The position numbers and the translations under genes are program-made. Positions 18,915 to 28,764 of a DNA stretch of 64,000 nt are shown here, piece after piece; position 1 is the stretch's first letter, and each line of letters begins with the position of its first letter. Origin of the DNA: an uncultured Lachnospiraceae bacterium (lineage in GTDB: Bacteria > Bacillota > Clostridia > Oscillospirales > CAG-272); contig CAYOFP010000005.1 of assembly GCA_964403505.1 (NCBI GenBank), positions 7,655 to 71,654 on the forward strand, given 5' to 3'. The notes beneath the pieces were generated by a model. It made no database searches. It was not told the origin of the DNA and saw nothing but the letters and a program-made list of their open reading frames with translations.

Positions 18915-19067
18915 ATGTGACCTCGCTTGTTTTTTTCTGATATCAGTATACCCAACGGGGCGCAAAACATCAACCTACTGTTCGATTTTTGATTCTACTA
19001 AACGAAAAGCGGTCTCTACTGTGAGTAGAAACCGCATAGTATCAAGGGTTTGAGTGGTGTATTTGCA

Positions 19068-19118
19068 TCTTCAAAAAACAAGGACGCTGATTTTCATTTT
19101 ACCGGAAATCAGCGTCCT
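19068..19118 (-). terminator. rho-independent terminator of pheT
   Basis: On the minus strand, AGGACGCTGATTT-(loop)-AAATCAGCGTCCT is followed by TGTTTTTTG. Confidence 0.85.
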
Positions 19119-19132
19119 ATTCTATGTTTGTT

Positions 19133-21529
19133 TTATGAACGAAGGGTTATACCGAGCTCTTTTTCGAGCAGAGTGCGGATCTTGCCTGCGATCTTATCTG
19201 CCTCTTCATCGGTAAGCGTTCTGTCGCTCGCTCTCATGGAAACGCTGAAAGCGACGCTCTTTTTACCCTCGCCTACCTGTGCGCCCCGGTAGATATCAAA
19301 GAGCTTTATTTCCTCGACATTCTTGCCGCCTGCCTTCTTCATCACTGCCTCGATTGCACCGACCTCAAGCGCATCGTCGCACACGAATGCAAAGTCACGT
19401 GTGAGCGCAGGGAATTTGGGAAGCGGAGCGTAATGCCGATCGAATTTTGCGATAGACAGAAGCGAGCCGAAATCAAGCTCTGCGGCATAAACCTCACAAT
19501 CGAAGCCGTAATTTGCGGCGACACTCGGATGTATCTGACCGAGCACACCGAGCTTGTTTCCGTCTTTGTCGGAAACACTCGCACATCTTCCGGGGTGGAA
19601 GGAGGGCTCTGTATCGCACACGGTATATGTCACGCCGTCGATCGCCGAGTCACGCAAGAGCGCATCGATCATACCCTTTAAGCGGTAGAAGTCACCTTTG
19701 CCGTAAAAGGCGATCGCCACTTTCAGCGGCTCTTCCGGCAGTTTTTCGGTGTCGCTATCCTTGATATAAACACGGGATATCTCGAAAAGTCCCGTGGGGG
19801 TACCGTGCCTGTTATCGTTGAGCACAAGGCAGTCGAGCAGTGACGGCAGGAGCATGGTCCTCATGATGCTCGTATCCTCGCCGAGAGGATTCGAGATAAC
19901 GATGCTGTCACGCCTTGCATCATCCGGTGCAAGACCGAAGCGGTCATAACTCTTGGGCGACATAAACGAGAATGTGCAGCTCTCATAAAGTCCCATAGAT
20001 ACGAGCAGGTCTGAAAGACGAAGTTTGTATTCAAGCTGAGCGTTATATTTACCCGGCTTTACCTTTGAGGCAAACGGTACGCTCTCGATGCTGTTATAGC
20101 CGTAGATCCGTGCGACCTCCTCTGCGATATCGTTCATGCATCTGACATCGTCACGCCACGAGGGAACGACGATCTCGTCTCCGTCAAACGTGAAATCGAG
20201 TAGCTTCAGTACGCCTACCATATAATCACGGGAAAGCTCCGTACCTAAAAATGCGTTTATTTTATCGCAGTCAAGCGGGAGTCTGACGATTTCCTTCTTC
20301 TCGGGATATGCGTCGATCACACCGTCGACGACCTCGCCTGCGCCGAGCATCTCAACGAGCTCGCATGCACGCTCGACCGCACCCATCGTATTCTCGCAGT
20401 CAAGGCCCTTTTCAAAGCGGCCGCTCGCCTCTGTTCTCATACCGAGCGCACGGCTCGTGATACGCACCGATGCACCGTCGAAGCAGGCGCTCTCGAATAC
20501 GACAGTCGCCGTGGTGTCCTCTATCTCCGAGTTTGCGCCACCCATGATACCGGCGAGCGCCACTGCCTTATTGCAGTCGCAGATAGTGAGCATACCTTCC
20601 TTCAACACATGATCGATATCGTCAAGGCTCTTGAAGGGCTGACCGTCCGCCGCTTCTTTTACGACGATCTTTTTACCGTCGAGGCACTTATAGTCAAAGG
20701 CGTGCATGGGCTGACCGTACTCGAGCATGACATAGTTTGTAATATCGACGATATTGTTGATCGGTCGGACGCCTGCCGCATGCAGACGCATACGCATCCA
20801 CAAGGGTGACGGCTCTATCTTCACATTTTTAACGACTCTCGCAGTATAGCGTGAGCAGAGCTTACTCTCGATTGCGACATCGAGATAATTCTCTATCTTG
20901 TCGCCTGCTCCCTTTACCTGCGGCGTATGATAGGTCACCTTACGGTCGAAGGACGCTCCTGTTTCACGGGCAAGTCCGATGACCGAGAGGCAGTCGGGGC
21001 GGTTGGGCGTTATCTCAAACTCGACGACATCGTCACGCAGTCCGAGAAAATCACATATATCCGTACCGAGCGGAAAAGGCCCGTCCATCACTTCGTTTAA
21101 AAGCAGTATGCCGTTCGGATCAGCGCCCGGCATCTCATGATCGGTAAGACCTAATTCCGCAAACGAGCACATCATACCGTATGAGTCTATCCCACGGAAC
21201 TTCGTCGGCTTTATCTTCACTCCCTCAGGGAGAGTTGCGCCGACAAGGCAGGCGGGGACGACAGCGCCCTCGTATACATTCTGTGCGGATGTGATGATCT
21301 GCACGGTCTCGGCTTTGCCGACGTCCATCTGGCAGATATTCAGCCTGTCTGCGTCGGGGTGTTTTTCTTTTTTCACTATTTTAGCTACGACAACTCCGGA
21401 TATCTCCTTTGCGAGCGTCTCCCAACCCTCGACCTTGCTTCCGGTGTCTGTCATTCTGTCGCAGTAGTCCTTGATCGGGATATCCGATACGTCGACGAAC
21501 TCCTGCAGCCATTCCTTTGGTAAATTCAT
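19133..21529 (-). CDS. pheT: phenylalanine--tRNA ligase beta subunit
   Basis: The 798-aa product has the tRNA-binding N-domain, B3/4 and B5 domains and the C-terminal FDX-ACB region. It lies directly downstream of pheS. Confidence 0.93.
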   Translation of the reverse strand: MNLPKEWLQEFVDVSDIPIKDYCDRMTDTGSKVEGWETLAKEISGVVVAKIVKKEKHPDADRLNICQMDVGKAETVQIITSAQNVYEGAVVPACLVGATLPEGVKIKPTKFRGIDSYGMMCSFAELGLTDHEMPGADPNGILLLNEVMDGPFPLGTDICDFLGLRDDVVEFEITPNRPDCLSVIGLARETGASFDRKVTYHTPQVKGAGDKIENYLDVAIESKLCSRYTARVVKNVKIEPSPLWMRMRLHAAGVRPINNIVDITNYVMLEYGQPMHAFDYKCLDGKKIVVKEAADGQPFKSLDDIDHVLKEGMLTICDCNKAVALAGIMGGANSEIEDTTATVVFESACFDGASVRITSRALGMRTEASGRFEKGLDCENTMGAVERACELVEMLGAGEVVDGVIDAYPEKKEIVRLPLDCDKINAFLGTELSRDYMVGVLKLLDFTFDGDEIVVPSWRDDVRCMNDIAEEVARIYGYNSIESVPFASKVKPGKYNAQLEYKLRLSDLLVSMGLYESCTFSFMSPKSYDRFGLAPDDARRDSIVISNPLGEDTSIMRTMLLPSLLDCLVLNDNRHGTPTGLFEISRVYIKDSDTEKLPEEPLKVAIAFYGKGDFYRLKGMIDALLRDSAIDGVTYTVCDTEPSFHPGRCASVSDKDGNKLGVLGQIHPSVAANYGFDCEVYAAELDFGSLLSIAKFDRHYAPLPKFPALTRDFAFVCDDALEVGAIEAVMKKAGGKNVEEIKLFDIYRGAQVGEGKKSVAFSVSMRASDRTLTDEEADKIAGKIRTLLEKELGITLRS

Positions 21530-21544
21530 CTCACTGCTCCTCCC

Positions 21545-22567
21545 TCAAAACTGCTTGAGAAAACGCTTGTCGTTTTCATAGAAAAGTCTGATATCGTCAA
21601 TTCCGAGTCTGGTCATGGCAATACGCTCGATGCCCATGCCGAATGCAAAGCCCGAGTATACCTCAGGATCGATATCGCATCCCCGGAGGACATTCGGGTG
21701 TACCATGCCTGCGCCGAGTATCTCGATCCATCCCTCGCCTTTACACAGTCTGCATCCCTTGCCTCCGCAAACGAAGCAGGAAACATCGACCTCAGCCGAC
21801 GGCTCTGTGAACGGGAAATGATGGGGACGGAAACGCAGACGTGTCTCGGCACCGAACATGTTTTTCGCAAATGTCTCGAGCATATCCTTGAGCGCACCCA
21901 TGGTAATACCCTTGTCTACGACGAGACCCTCAAACTGGTGGAATACCGGAGAGTGGGTCGAATCCAACGTATCCGAGCGGTAGACCGCACCGGGGGATAT
22001 AATTCTGATAGGCGGTCTCTGCTGTTCCATAGTTCTTACCTGAACAGGCGAGGTTTGAGAGCGCAGAAGTATTTTATCGGTAATATAGAATGTATCCTGC
22101 GTATCACGTGCCGGGTGATTCTCGGGAATATTGAGCGCCTGGAAATTGTAATAATCGAGCTCGACCTCGGGTCCGTCAACGACGTCAAAGCCCATGCTGA
22201 CGAAGATATCCGTCATCTCCTTTCTCACCTGAGAGAGCGGATGATGTGCGCCCATCTCGACTGCGTCGCCCGGGACGGTGACATCGATCTTCTCTTTTGC
22301 GAGCTTCTCGCCCAGCTCTTTTTCTTTCAGCATCTCTGCCTTTTTGGAGAGGACGGCGTCGATCTCCTCTCTGACCTTATTTGCCAAAGCGCCGATGATC
22401 GGCCTTTCCTCGGGCGTGAGCGCACCCATGCCCCGCAAAAGAGCGGTGAGCTCGCCTTTCTTTCCGAGGTATTTTACACGGACGACATCGAGAGACGGCA
22501 TATCGACAGCTTCAGTCTCTATCGCCGCTTTTGCATCGGAAAGTATTTTTTCAAGCTTTTCTTTCAT
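21545..22567 (-). CDS. pheS: phenylalanine--tRNA ligase alpha subunit
   Basis: ORF 21545..22621. The likely start is [11 protein letters not shown] at 22567. Class II aaRS motifs are present ([27 protein letters not shown]). Confidence 0.93.
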   Translation of the reverse strand: MKEKLEKILSDAKAAIETEAVDMPSLDVVRVKYLGKKGELTALLRGMGALTPEERPIIGALANKVREEIDAVLSKKAEMLKEKELGEKLAKEKIDVTVPGDAVEMGAHHPLSQVRKEMTDIFVSMGFDVVDGPEVELDYYNFQALNIPENHPARDTQDTFYITDKILLRSQTSPVQVRTMEQQRPPIRIISPGAVYRSDTLDSTHSPVFHQFEGLVVDKGITMGALKDMLETFAKNMFGAETRLRFRPHHFPFTEPSAEVDVSCFVCGGKGCRLCKGEGWIEILGAGMVHPNVLRGCDIDPEVYSGFAFGMGIERIAMTRLGIDDIRLFYENDKRFLKQF

Positions 22568-22599
22568 ATCTTTTATCCTTTCGTGGAATTTACAAAATA

Positions 22600-22835
22600 A
22601 AAAAATGCCGCCCCGTATCAACAGGGCGACTGATTATCGCTGTACCACCTGAATTCGCATATAAGAATATGCCTCATTGCGCTGTAACGGGACGACCGTG
22701 CAGGTATTTCCCCCTGCCTGCTCCGAGGTGAAATGCAAAAATATCCGTATCCGTTCGCCTCTCAGCCCATGGGCGCCCTTCTCTTCTGAACACTTCCGAT
22801 ATTTTGCTGCCTTTTCATTGCATTTACATTAGTTT
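22600..22835 (-). promoter_or_regulatory. T-box leader (Phe specifier) controlling pheST
   Basis: The minus strand carries the T-box sequence AATTCAGGTGGTACAGCG (reverse complement of 22641-22658). A terminator follows (GTCGCCC-TGTTGATAC-GGGGCGGC then ATTTTT). Stem I elements are present (GCAATGAAAAGGCAGC..., AGAGA). A candidate specifier is UUC followed by A (gtgTTCAgaag). A TTGACA-18-TAAACT promoter lies at about 22860-22831. Confidence 0.85.
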
Positions 22836-22986
22836 ATCATGTCTCAGGCGATTTTGTCAAGAGATTTGGACAATTATTCAGAAACTGAACGAAAAAGACC
22901 CGTTTTTATTGAATATTTCGTATTTACAAGAGAATCCGTATCATATATAATGTAAATACAGAATCAGAACAGCAACGGAGGAAAAA

Positions 22987-23700
22987 ATGTTAAAAATTGA
23001 ACATCTGACGAAAACATACGGTGATAAAAAGGCAGTGGACGATCTCAGCCTCGAGATCGCTCCCGGACAGATCTACGGCTTCATCGGTCACAACGGCGCA
23101 GGTAAAACCACAACGATAAAGGCATGCTGCGGACTTCTGAATTTCGACTCGGGAAATATCAGCATCTGCGGTCACTCGATAAAAAATGAGCCGCTCGAGG
23201 CAAAAAAGAACATCGCATATATCCCCGACAACCCGGATCTCTACGACTTTATGAGCGGTATCAAATATCTGAATTTTATCGCTGATATCTACGGTGTTCC
23301 CAAAAACAAACGGGAGGAAAATATCAAGAAATACGCCGATATGTTCGGCATAACCGCAAATTTAGCGCAGAAGGTATCCTCATACTCGCACGGCATGAAG
23401 CAAAAGTTAGCTATCATCGCAGCCCTCATTCACGAGCCGAAGCTGCTCATCATGGATGAACCCTTTGTCGGCCTCGACCCGATGGCAGCCCACAGCGTCA
23501 AGGAGATCATGCGTGAGATGTGCGAAAAGGGATGCGCAATATTCTTTTCGACCCACGTTCTCGAGGTCGCCGAAAAGCTCTGCGACCACATTGCGATCAT
23601 CAAGGACGGAAAACTGCTCCTCTCGGGTGCGACAAAGGACGTAATGGGCGAAGCTTCTCTTGAGGATGTCTTCCTCGAGCTGGAGGAACGTGATGATTAA
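22987..23700 (+). CDS. ABC transporter ATP-binding protein
   Basis: The product has a Walker A (GHNGAGKTT), the signature LSSY-like SHGMKQK, and a Walker B (LLIMDEP). Confidence 0.9.
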   Translation: MLKIEHLTKTYGDKKAVDDLSLEIAPGQIYGFIGHNGAGKTTTIKACCGLLNFDSGNISICGHSIKNEPLEAKKNIAYIPDNPDLYDFMSGIKYLNFIADIYGVPKNKREENIKKYADMFGITANLAQKVSSYSHGMKQKLAIIAALIHEPKLLIMDEPFVGLDPMAAHSVKEIMREMCEKGCAIFFSTHVLEVAEKLCDHIAIIKDGKLLLSGATKDVMGEASLEDVFLELEERDD

Positions 23701-25336
23701 GACACTTTTACGCGCCCAGATCGGCGTTATGCTGTCGGGCTTCAACAGAAACAGCGCAAAAAACAAAAAGAAAAACCTCCTCTCGAAGCTCGGCGGAGTC
23801 GGAAAAGGCATCCTTTTCACCCTGCTTTTTGCATATATCTTTGTGGTATTCATCGCCCTTTTCGCCGGCATATCGTTTGGCTTTCACGAAATATGCTTTG
23901 CGCATGAGAACGGAGTCTCGGTCTATGTCAGCTCGTTTGCGCTTATCGCATTTATACTCTCCTTTGTGGGGACGGTATTTGCCTGCGAAAAACAGCTTTA
24001 CGAGAGCCGTGATAACGACCTGCTCTTATCCATGCCCGTAAAGCCCGGCGATATCGTCATATGCAGACTGCTCTCCCTTTATATTATGAACCTCGTGTTC
24101 TCTTTTGCGGTGCTTGCGCCCTCGTATGTCATACTGCTCATCATGGGCGGCGCACCGAGCGCCTTCTTATGCACGGTAACCTACCTCCTCGTCCTCGCTC
24201 TTATGCCGCTTCTCTCGCTTGCGTTTACTGCGATATTTGCGGCGGCAGTCGCCTTTCTTTCCCGCAAGCTCCCGTTTAAGAATTTCACGACGGTGGCGCT
24301 GAGCCTCGTATTCTTATTTGCATATTTTTATGTCTATGCAAATATCGAGCGCTTTCTTCCTGCGATGGCAAACGGCATATCAAGTGCGGCTCTGGCTATT
24401 CCCTTCTTCTCTTTTGCAGGAAAAGCGGCGGCAGGTGATATCGCATCGATATTCATATTCATTGTAGTAAATATCTTGCCGTTTGCTCTCGTTCATTTCG
24501 TTCTCGCAAGATCGTTTTTTGCGATCACACAGATGAACCGAGGTGAGAGGCGTGTCAAATACCGTGAGAAAGAAATGCACACCCGTTCACCCCTCTTTGC
24601 CCTGTATACGAAAGAGGCGGCAAGGTTCTTTGCGACGCCGACCTATATGCTCAATGCCGGTCTCGGCGTGCCGTTGCAGATCATGTTAGCGGTTCTTGTA
24701 GTCATAAAGCGTGATGCGATAATTTCTGCTGTCGGTACGATAGGCGAAGAAATGGAGATATTCAATATCGGCTCGATACTGCCCTTTGCCGTTTGCATGG
24801 TATCTGCATTCTGTGCAATATTCAACTTTGTTACGGCTCCGTCCGTATCGCTCGAGCGCAACTGCATCTGGCAGCTGAAAGTATCTCCCGTTTCGGCGAG
24901 AACCGTTCTTTTATCCAAACTGCTGTTCGGCATGTCGGTCACCGTCCCGTCGACCGTGATCTTTACGGCGGTTTCGAGCGTTGCTCTCTCTCTCGGATTC
25001 GGCGGATTTCTGTGCATTATCATCGTGAATCTCCTGCTCATATTCTCGGCGAATTCCTTCGGTCTTGCATGTAACCTGTGGCTGCCGAGGCTCGATTATC
25101 CCTCGGATATCCACGCCATAAAGCAGTCGGCGGCAGTCATGCTCGCCATGTTCGGTTCCATGGTGATCTACGGCATCCCCATGCTGTTCTCTTTCGTTTC
25201 AGGTATCATGCTTTCCTCGTATGCTGTATCTGCGGCGCTCGCCGGATGCTTCGCCGCCGCAACAGGTGCGGCGTTCTGCGCATATGATCTGACGGCAGGC
25301 GCAAAGAAATTCGAGAAAAAGATAGGTATGAGCTGA
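23693..25336 (+). CDS. ABC transporter permease-like polytopic membrane protein
   Basis: ORF 23660..25336. The likely start is MIKTLLRAQ at 23693, forming an ATGA overlap with the ATPase stop. It has at least 10 hydrophobic helices. The substrate is unknown. Confidence 0.65.
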   Translation: MIKTLLRAQIGVMLSGFNRNSAKNKKKNLLSKLGGVGKGILFTLLFAYIFVVFIALFAGISFGFHEICFAHENGVSVYVSSFALIAFILSFVGTVFACEKQLYESRDNDLLLSMPVKPGDIVICRLLSLYIMNLVFSFAVLAPSYVILLIMGGAPSAFLCTVTYLLVLALMPLLSLAFTAIFAAAVAFLSRKLPFKNFTTVALSLVFLFAYFYVYANIERFLPAMANGISSAALAIPFFSFAGKAAAGDIASIFIFIVVNILPFALVHFVLARSFFAITQMNRGERRVKYREKEMHTRSPLFALYTKEAARFFATPTYMLNAGLGVPLQIMLAVLVVIKRDAIISAVGTIGEEMEIFNIGSILPFAVCMVSAFCAIFNFVTAPSVSLERNCIWQLKVSPVSARTVLLSKLLFGMSVTVPSTVIFTAVSSVALSLGFGGFLCIIIVNLLLIFSANSFGLACNLWLPRLDYPSDIHAIKQSAAVMLAMFGSMVIYGIPMLFSFVSGIMLSSYAVSAALAGCFAAATGAAFCAYDLTAGAKKFEKKIGMS

Positions 25337-26088
25337 TGACATCACAAATCGTGATCGTTTCCGAGATATCGGACATACCGCCGTATGTGCGCAATTTATC
25401 AGACGCTCTCGGCATAGAAATATGCAGGAAGTCTGATCCGCAGGATGAAAAACTGATACTGCGTGTCAGCGCAGACGGGCTTACCCTCGAGGGGGACGGG
25501 CAGACGATGCGGTGCGACCTCGAAAACATGGTTCGCCGTCTGAGGCGCTCGAACCTCTCGGCTGAGCTGCTCGTGCGTGCGGCAAAAATAAAAAACGCCG
25601 ATATGCCGCTGACCGTCATCGATGCGACGGCGGGACTCGGCGAGGATTCCCTGCTCCTTGCGGCGGCAGGGTTCAAGGTGAAGCTATACGAGCGTAATCC
25701 CGTCATCGCCGCACTGCTCTCCGATGCGCTCGGGCGTGCAAAGGATTCGGCTGACCTCAAAAACATCGTATGCAATATGGAGCTTTTCGGGTGTGACAGC
25801 ATCGAAGCTCTCGGGGAGATCGACTACCGCCCCGATGTGATATATTTGGACCCGATGTTCCCGGAAAAGACGAAAAATTCTTTATCGAAAAAGAAATTTC
25901 AGCTTTTGCATCATCTGGAAGCTCCCTGCTCGGACGAGGACGATCTGCTCGGTGCGGCACTTGCGGCGCACCCGAGAAAGATCGTGATAAAACGTCCGCT
26001 CAAAGGCGGTTATCTCGCAGGGAAAAAGCCCGATTATTCCCTCACCGGCAAAACAATAAGATATGACTGTATCGTCTTCACGGAGTAA
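25336..26088 (+). CDS. rsmJ: 16S rRNA (guanine1516-N2)-methyltransferase-like (RsmJ/DUF548 family)
   Basis: SAM motif I (VIDATAGLGEDSLLLAAAGFKV) and DPMFP are present (YLDPMFPEK). Confidence 0.8.
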   Translation: MTSQIVIVSEISDIPPYVRNLSDALGIEICRKSDPQDEKLILRVSADGLTLEGDGQTMRCDLENMVRRLRRSNLSAELLVRAAKIKNADMPLTVIDATAGLGEDSLLLAAAGFKVKLYERNPVIAALLSDALGRAKDSADLKNIVCNMELFGCDSIEALGEIDYRPDVIYLDPMFPEKTKNSLSKKKFQLLHHLEAPCSDEDDLLGAALAAHPRKIVIKRPLKGGYLAGKKPDYSLTGKTIRYDCIVFTE

Positions 26089-26175
26089 CAAAAAGGAACT
26101 GTCGCAATAAGACATATCACCCGTGCGCAGGTGGCCTCCATCCTCATGCGCTATTGTCAGAATGTCGCAAAATAA
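26089..26175 (+). pseudogene. orphan 28-codon relic ending in an SLH-domain-like tail
   Basis: Directly after the rsmJ TAA and in the same frame, the sequence reads QKGTVAIRHITRAQVASILMRYCQNVAK*. ITRAQVASILMR resembles the conserved end of S-layer-homology repeats. There is no start codon or RBS. Confidence 0.4.
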
Positions 26176-26195
26176 AAGAGAATAATTATAAAAAC

Positions 26196-26226
26196 AAGAC
26201 GCTGATCCTTAAGAATCAGCGTCTTT
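26196..26226. terminator. bidirectional terminator hairpin between rsmJ and the U32 peptidase gene
   Basis: AAGACGCTGAT-(loop)-ATCAGCGTCTT is flanked by A-run and T-run sequence. Confidence 0.75.
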
Positions 26227-26240
26227 ACAATGTTAAGGAA

Positions 26241-27464
26241 TCAGCACGAGCGGATGATATCCCCCTCTTTACATTCAAAAGGCATTTCCATTGTGAACGT
26301 CATATACGGATGCGGCGTTGCTTCGATCTCCTCGCCTTTTTCGTTTTTCATTCTGCCGACGGTCAGCGGCACGCCGCATTTTCCGGGCGTTATGAGCTCG
26401 ATCTTATCGCCGAGGCACATTTTATTGCGCTGAGTAAGAGTTGCAATGCCGTTCTCATATCCCACCACAGTCGCAAGATACGCCTTTTCTCTCATATATC
26501 CGGGGTTTTCGCATAGCTGTGCATTTTTCATCGGGTCGTCATAATAATACCCTGTCCCGTATTCACGGTGACTCACGCTCTCGAGCTCACGCATCCATTC
26601 AGGGTCATATTTATATTCATCGGGCGAGGCGATATACCTGTCTATCGCCATACGGTAAACATTCGAGCAGACGGCAGTGTAATATGCGCTTTTCATCCTG
26701 CCCTCGATCTTAAACGATGTGATACCGCTCTCCATAAGATCCGGAATATGCTCTATCATACACATATCCTTGCTTGACATAATGAAAGTTCCGTCCGGCG
26801 TTTCATTCACGGTCAGGCGATCGCCCGGGCGCTTCTCCTCCGCTATTTCAAAAGCATTGAAATTCCAGCGGCAGGGCTGTGCGCATGCGCCCCTGTTAGC
26901 GTCTCTGCCGGTATAATGCTCCGACAGTAAGCACCGCCCCGAGAAGGAAACGCACATCGAGCCGTGAATGAAACACTCGAGCTCGATGATTCCTCTCGTC
27001 TGTTCGCTGATGGCACGTATATCATCAAACGAAAGCTCACGCGCGAGGACCGCACGCTTTGCGCCGTATTTCGCATAAAAAAGGCAGTCCGCCGCCGAGA
27101 CGATCCCCGTCTGCGTGGAAATATGTATCGAGGTATCGGGCATGAGCTTTTTTGCGAGCTCCATAACGCCCGGATCGGCAATGATCAGTGCGTCAAGATG
27201 TGCGCCCGCTATATCCTTTAAATATTTTTCGAGCGCAGGATACTCCCCTGTCCTCGGCATGGTATTTAAGGTAAGATAAACCTTTTTACCGAAAGAATGC
27301 GTATATTTTACCGCATCATATATTTCACCGACAGTGAAATTCCCCGCCGCCGCACGCATGCCGAAAACCTCTCCCGAGAGATACACGGCATCGGCGCCGT
27401 AACGAAGTGCGGCGATCATTTTTTCGTAATTCCCCGCCGGGGAAAGAAGCTCCTTTGTATACAT
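26241..27464 (-). CDS. peptidase U32 family protein
   Basis: ORF 26241..27545. The likely start is MYTKELLSPAGNYEK at 27464. U32 signatures are present (ELLSPAG, GADAVY, E.F.HGSMC.S.SGRC). Confidence 0.85.
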   Translation of the reverse strand: MYTKELLSPAGNYEKMIAALRYGADAVYLSGEVFGMRAAAGNFTVGEIYDAVKYTHSFGKKVYLTLNTMPRTGEYPALEKYLKDIAGAHLDALIIADPGVMELAKKLMPDTSIHISTQTGIVSAADCLFYAKYGAKRAVLARELSFDDIRAISEQTRGIIELECFIHGSMCVSFSGRCLLSEHYTGRDANRGACAQPCRWNFNAFEIAEEKRPGDRLTVNETPDGTFIMSSKDMCMIEHIPDLMESGITSFKIEGRMKSAYYTAVCSNVYRMAIDRYIASPDEYKYDPEWMRELESVSHREYGTGYYYDDPMKNAQLCENPGYMREKAYLATVVGYENGIATLTQRNKMCLGDKIELITPGKCGVPLTVGRMKNEKGEEIEATPHPYMTFTMEMPFECKEGDIIRSC

Positions 27465-27618
27465 ATAAACCCCATTTGACCTTAATTTGTATATCATTAT
27501 ATAATTTATTTTAAAATAAGTCAACGAATATCGCTCTTTTAACAAAATTTACGTTGAAAAATTATATAATGAGTGTTAAAATGTTACTATTAATTCAAAA
27601 ACGGTAACAAGGTACAAA

Positions 27619-28761
27619 ATGAAAAAAACAGAAAAGAAAAACAAAAAGATCAATATGATAAAACTGCGCAATACGCTGACTGTCGTTTTGATCTGCATTT
27701 TATCAACGCTCATCGTAGGATACAGCTTATTTGTTTTCGCACCCATTCCGTTTATACGGAATCTGCGTGACCTTTACATCGAAACGGCGATGAACACCCG
27801 CACCCATCAGTGGCTCGCGGAGGCGTTCATTCCCCACTCGATCATTGATGATGTAATGGCAATGCAGACCTACGGCGAGGGCGGAGACCTCAGTAACCTG
27901 AAGCCAATAGACAAGATCCAAGATACCGAAGATCCCGACGCAACGGACGCTCCCGAGCCAATCGAAAACGATATCCTCGGACTCTCACGTCTGCACGAGG
28001 GAGGTCTCGACTACATCGGAAACACACTCGATATCGTCGACGAGGAGCAGGGGCTCTTTGTCTCGAGCATCAAAGGCACCGACTCTCTCGGTACATATAC
28101 GGGAAAAATAATGCTCATTGACGATCCCTCCCGTGTTTTCGTCGCTTTTACAAAATACCCGGGAGACCGCGGACAGCGGCTCGGCGAGCTCGTAGAAACC
28201 TACGACGCCATCGCCGGTGTAAACGCCTCCGGCTTCTACGACCCGAACGAAAACGGCGACGGCGGCGATATCGTCGGTATGTCGATGAGCGAGGGAAAAA
28301 TATGGGGCGATTATATTTCGGCTTATCCGAGCATGATGCTGACAACAGATAATAAGCTCGCCGTCGGATGGCTTGATAACTGGACTGATTATAACGTGCG
28401 GGACGGAATGCAATTCGGCCCGATCCTGATAGCGGACAGAGAGATCAAGGTCGAGGGAAGCGCAGGATGGGGGCTCCAGCCGAGAACCGCTGTCGCTCAG
28501 CGAGGCGACGGGGCGATGATGTTCCTCGTAATAGAAGGAAGGCAGACAAAAAGCGCAGGTATCACCGTCGGCGAAATGGCAAAGATCCTTTACAGATACG
28601 GCGCAGAAAACGCCTGCTGCTGTGACGGCGGCGCAAGCACCCTGATGAACTATAACGGGCAAACTCTGATCCAGGTAGCAACCTGCCTGAACCCGGAGGG
28701 CAGATGGCTGCCGAATGCCTTTTTAGTAAAGAAAAAAATACAAGAAACACATGAGGATTAA
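27619..28761 (+). CDS. phosphodiester glycosidase family protein (NAGPA-like), N-terminal membrane anchor
   Basis: The 380-aa product has one N-terminal TM helix. The C-terminal domain carries GVNASGF, PRTAVAQRGDG and CCCDGGAST, which are typical of this family. Confidence 0.75.
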   Translation: MKKTEKKNKKINMIKLRNTLTVVLICILSTLIVGYSLFVFAPIPFIRNLRDLYIETAMNTRTHQWLAEAFIPHSIIDDVMAMQTYGEGGDLSNLKPIDKIQDTEDPDATDAPEPIENDILGLSRLHEGGLDYIGNTLDIVDEEQGLFVSSIKGTDSLGTYTGKIMLIDDPSRVFVAFTKYPGDRGQRLGELVETYDAIAGVNASGFYDPNENGDGGDIVGMSMSEGKIWGDYISAYPSMMLTTDNKLAVGWLDNWTDYNVRDGMQFGPILIADREIKVEGSAGWGLQPRTAVAQRGDGAMMFLVIEGRQTKSAGITVGEMAKILYRYGAENACCCDGGASTLMNYNGQTLIQVATCLNPEGRWLPNAFLVKKKIQETHED

Positions 28762-28764
28762 CAC

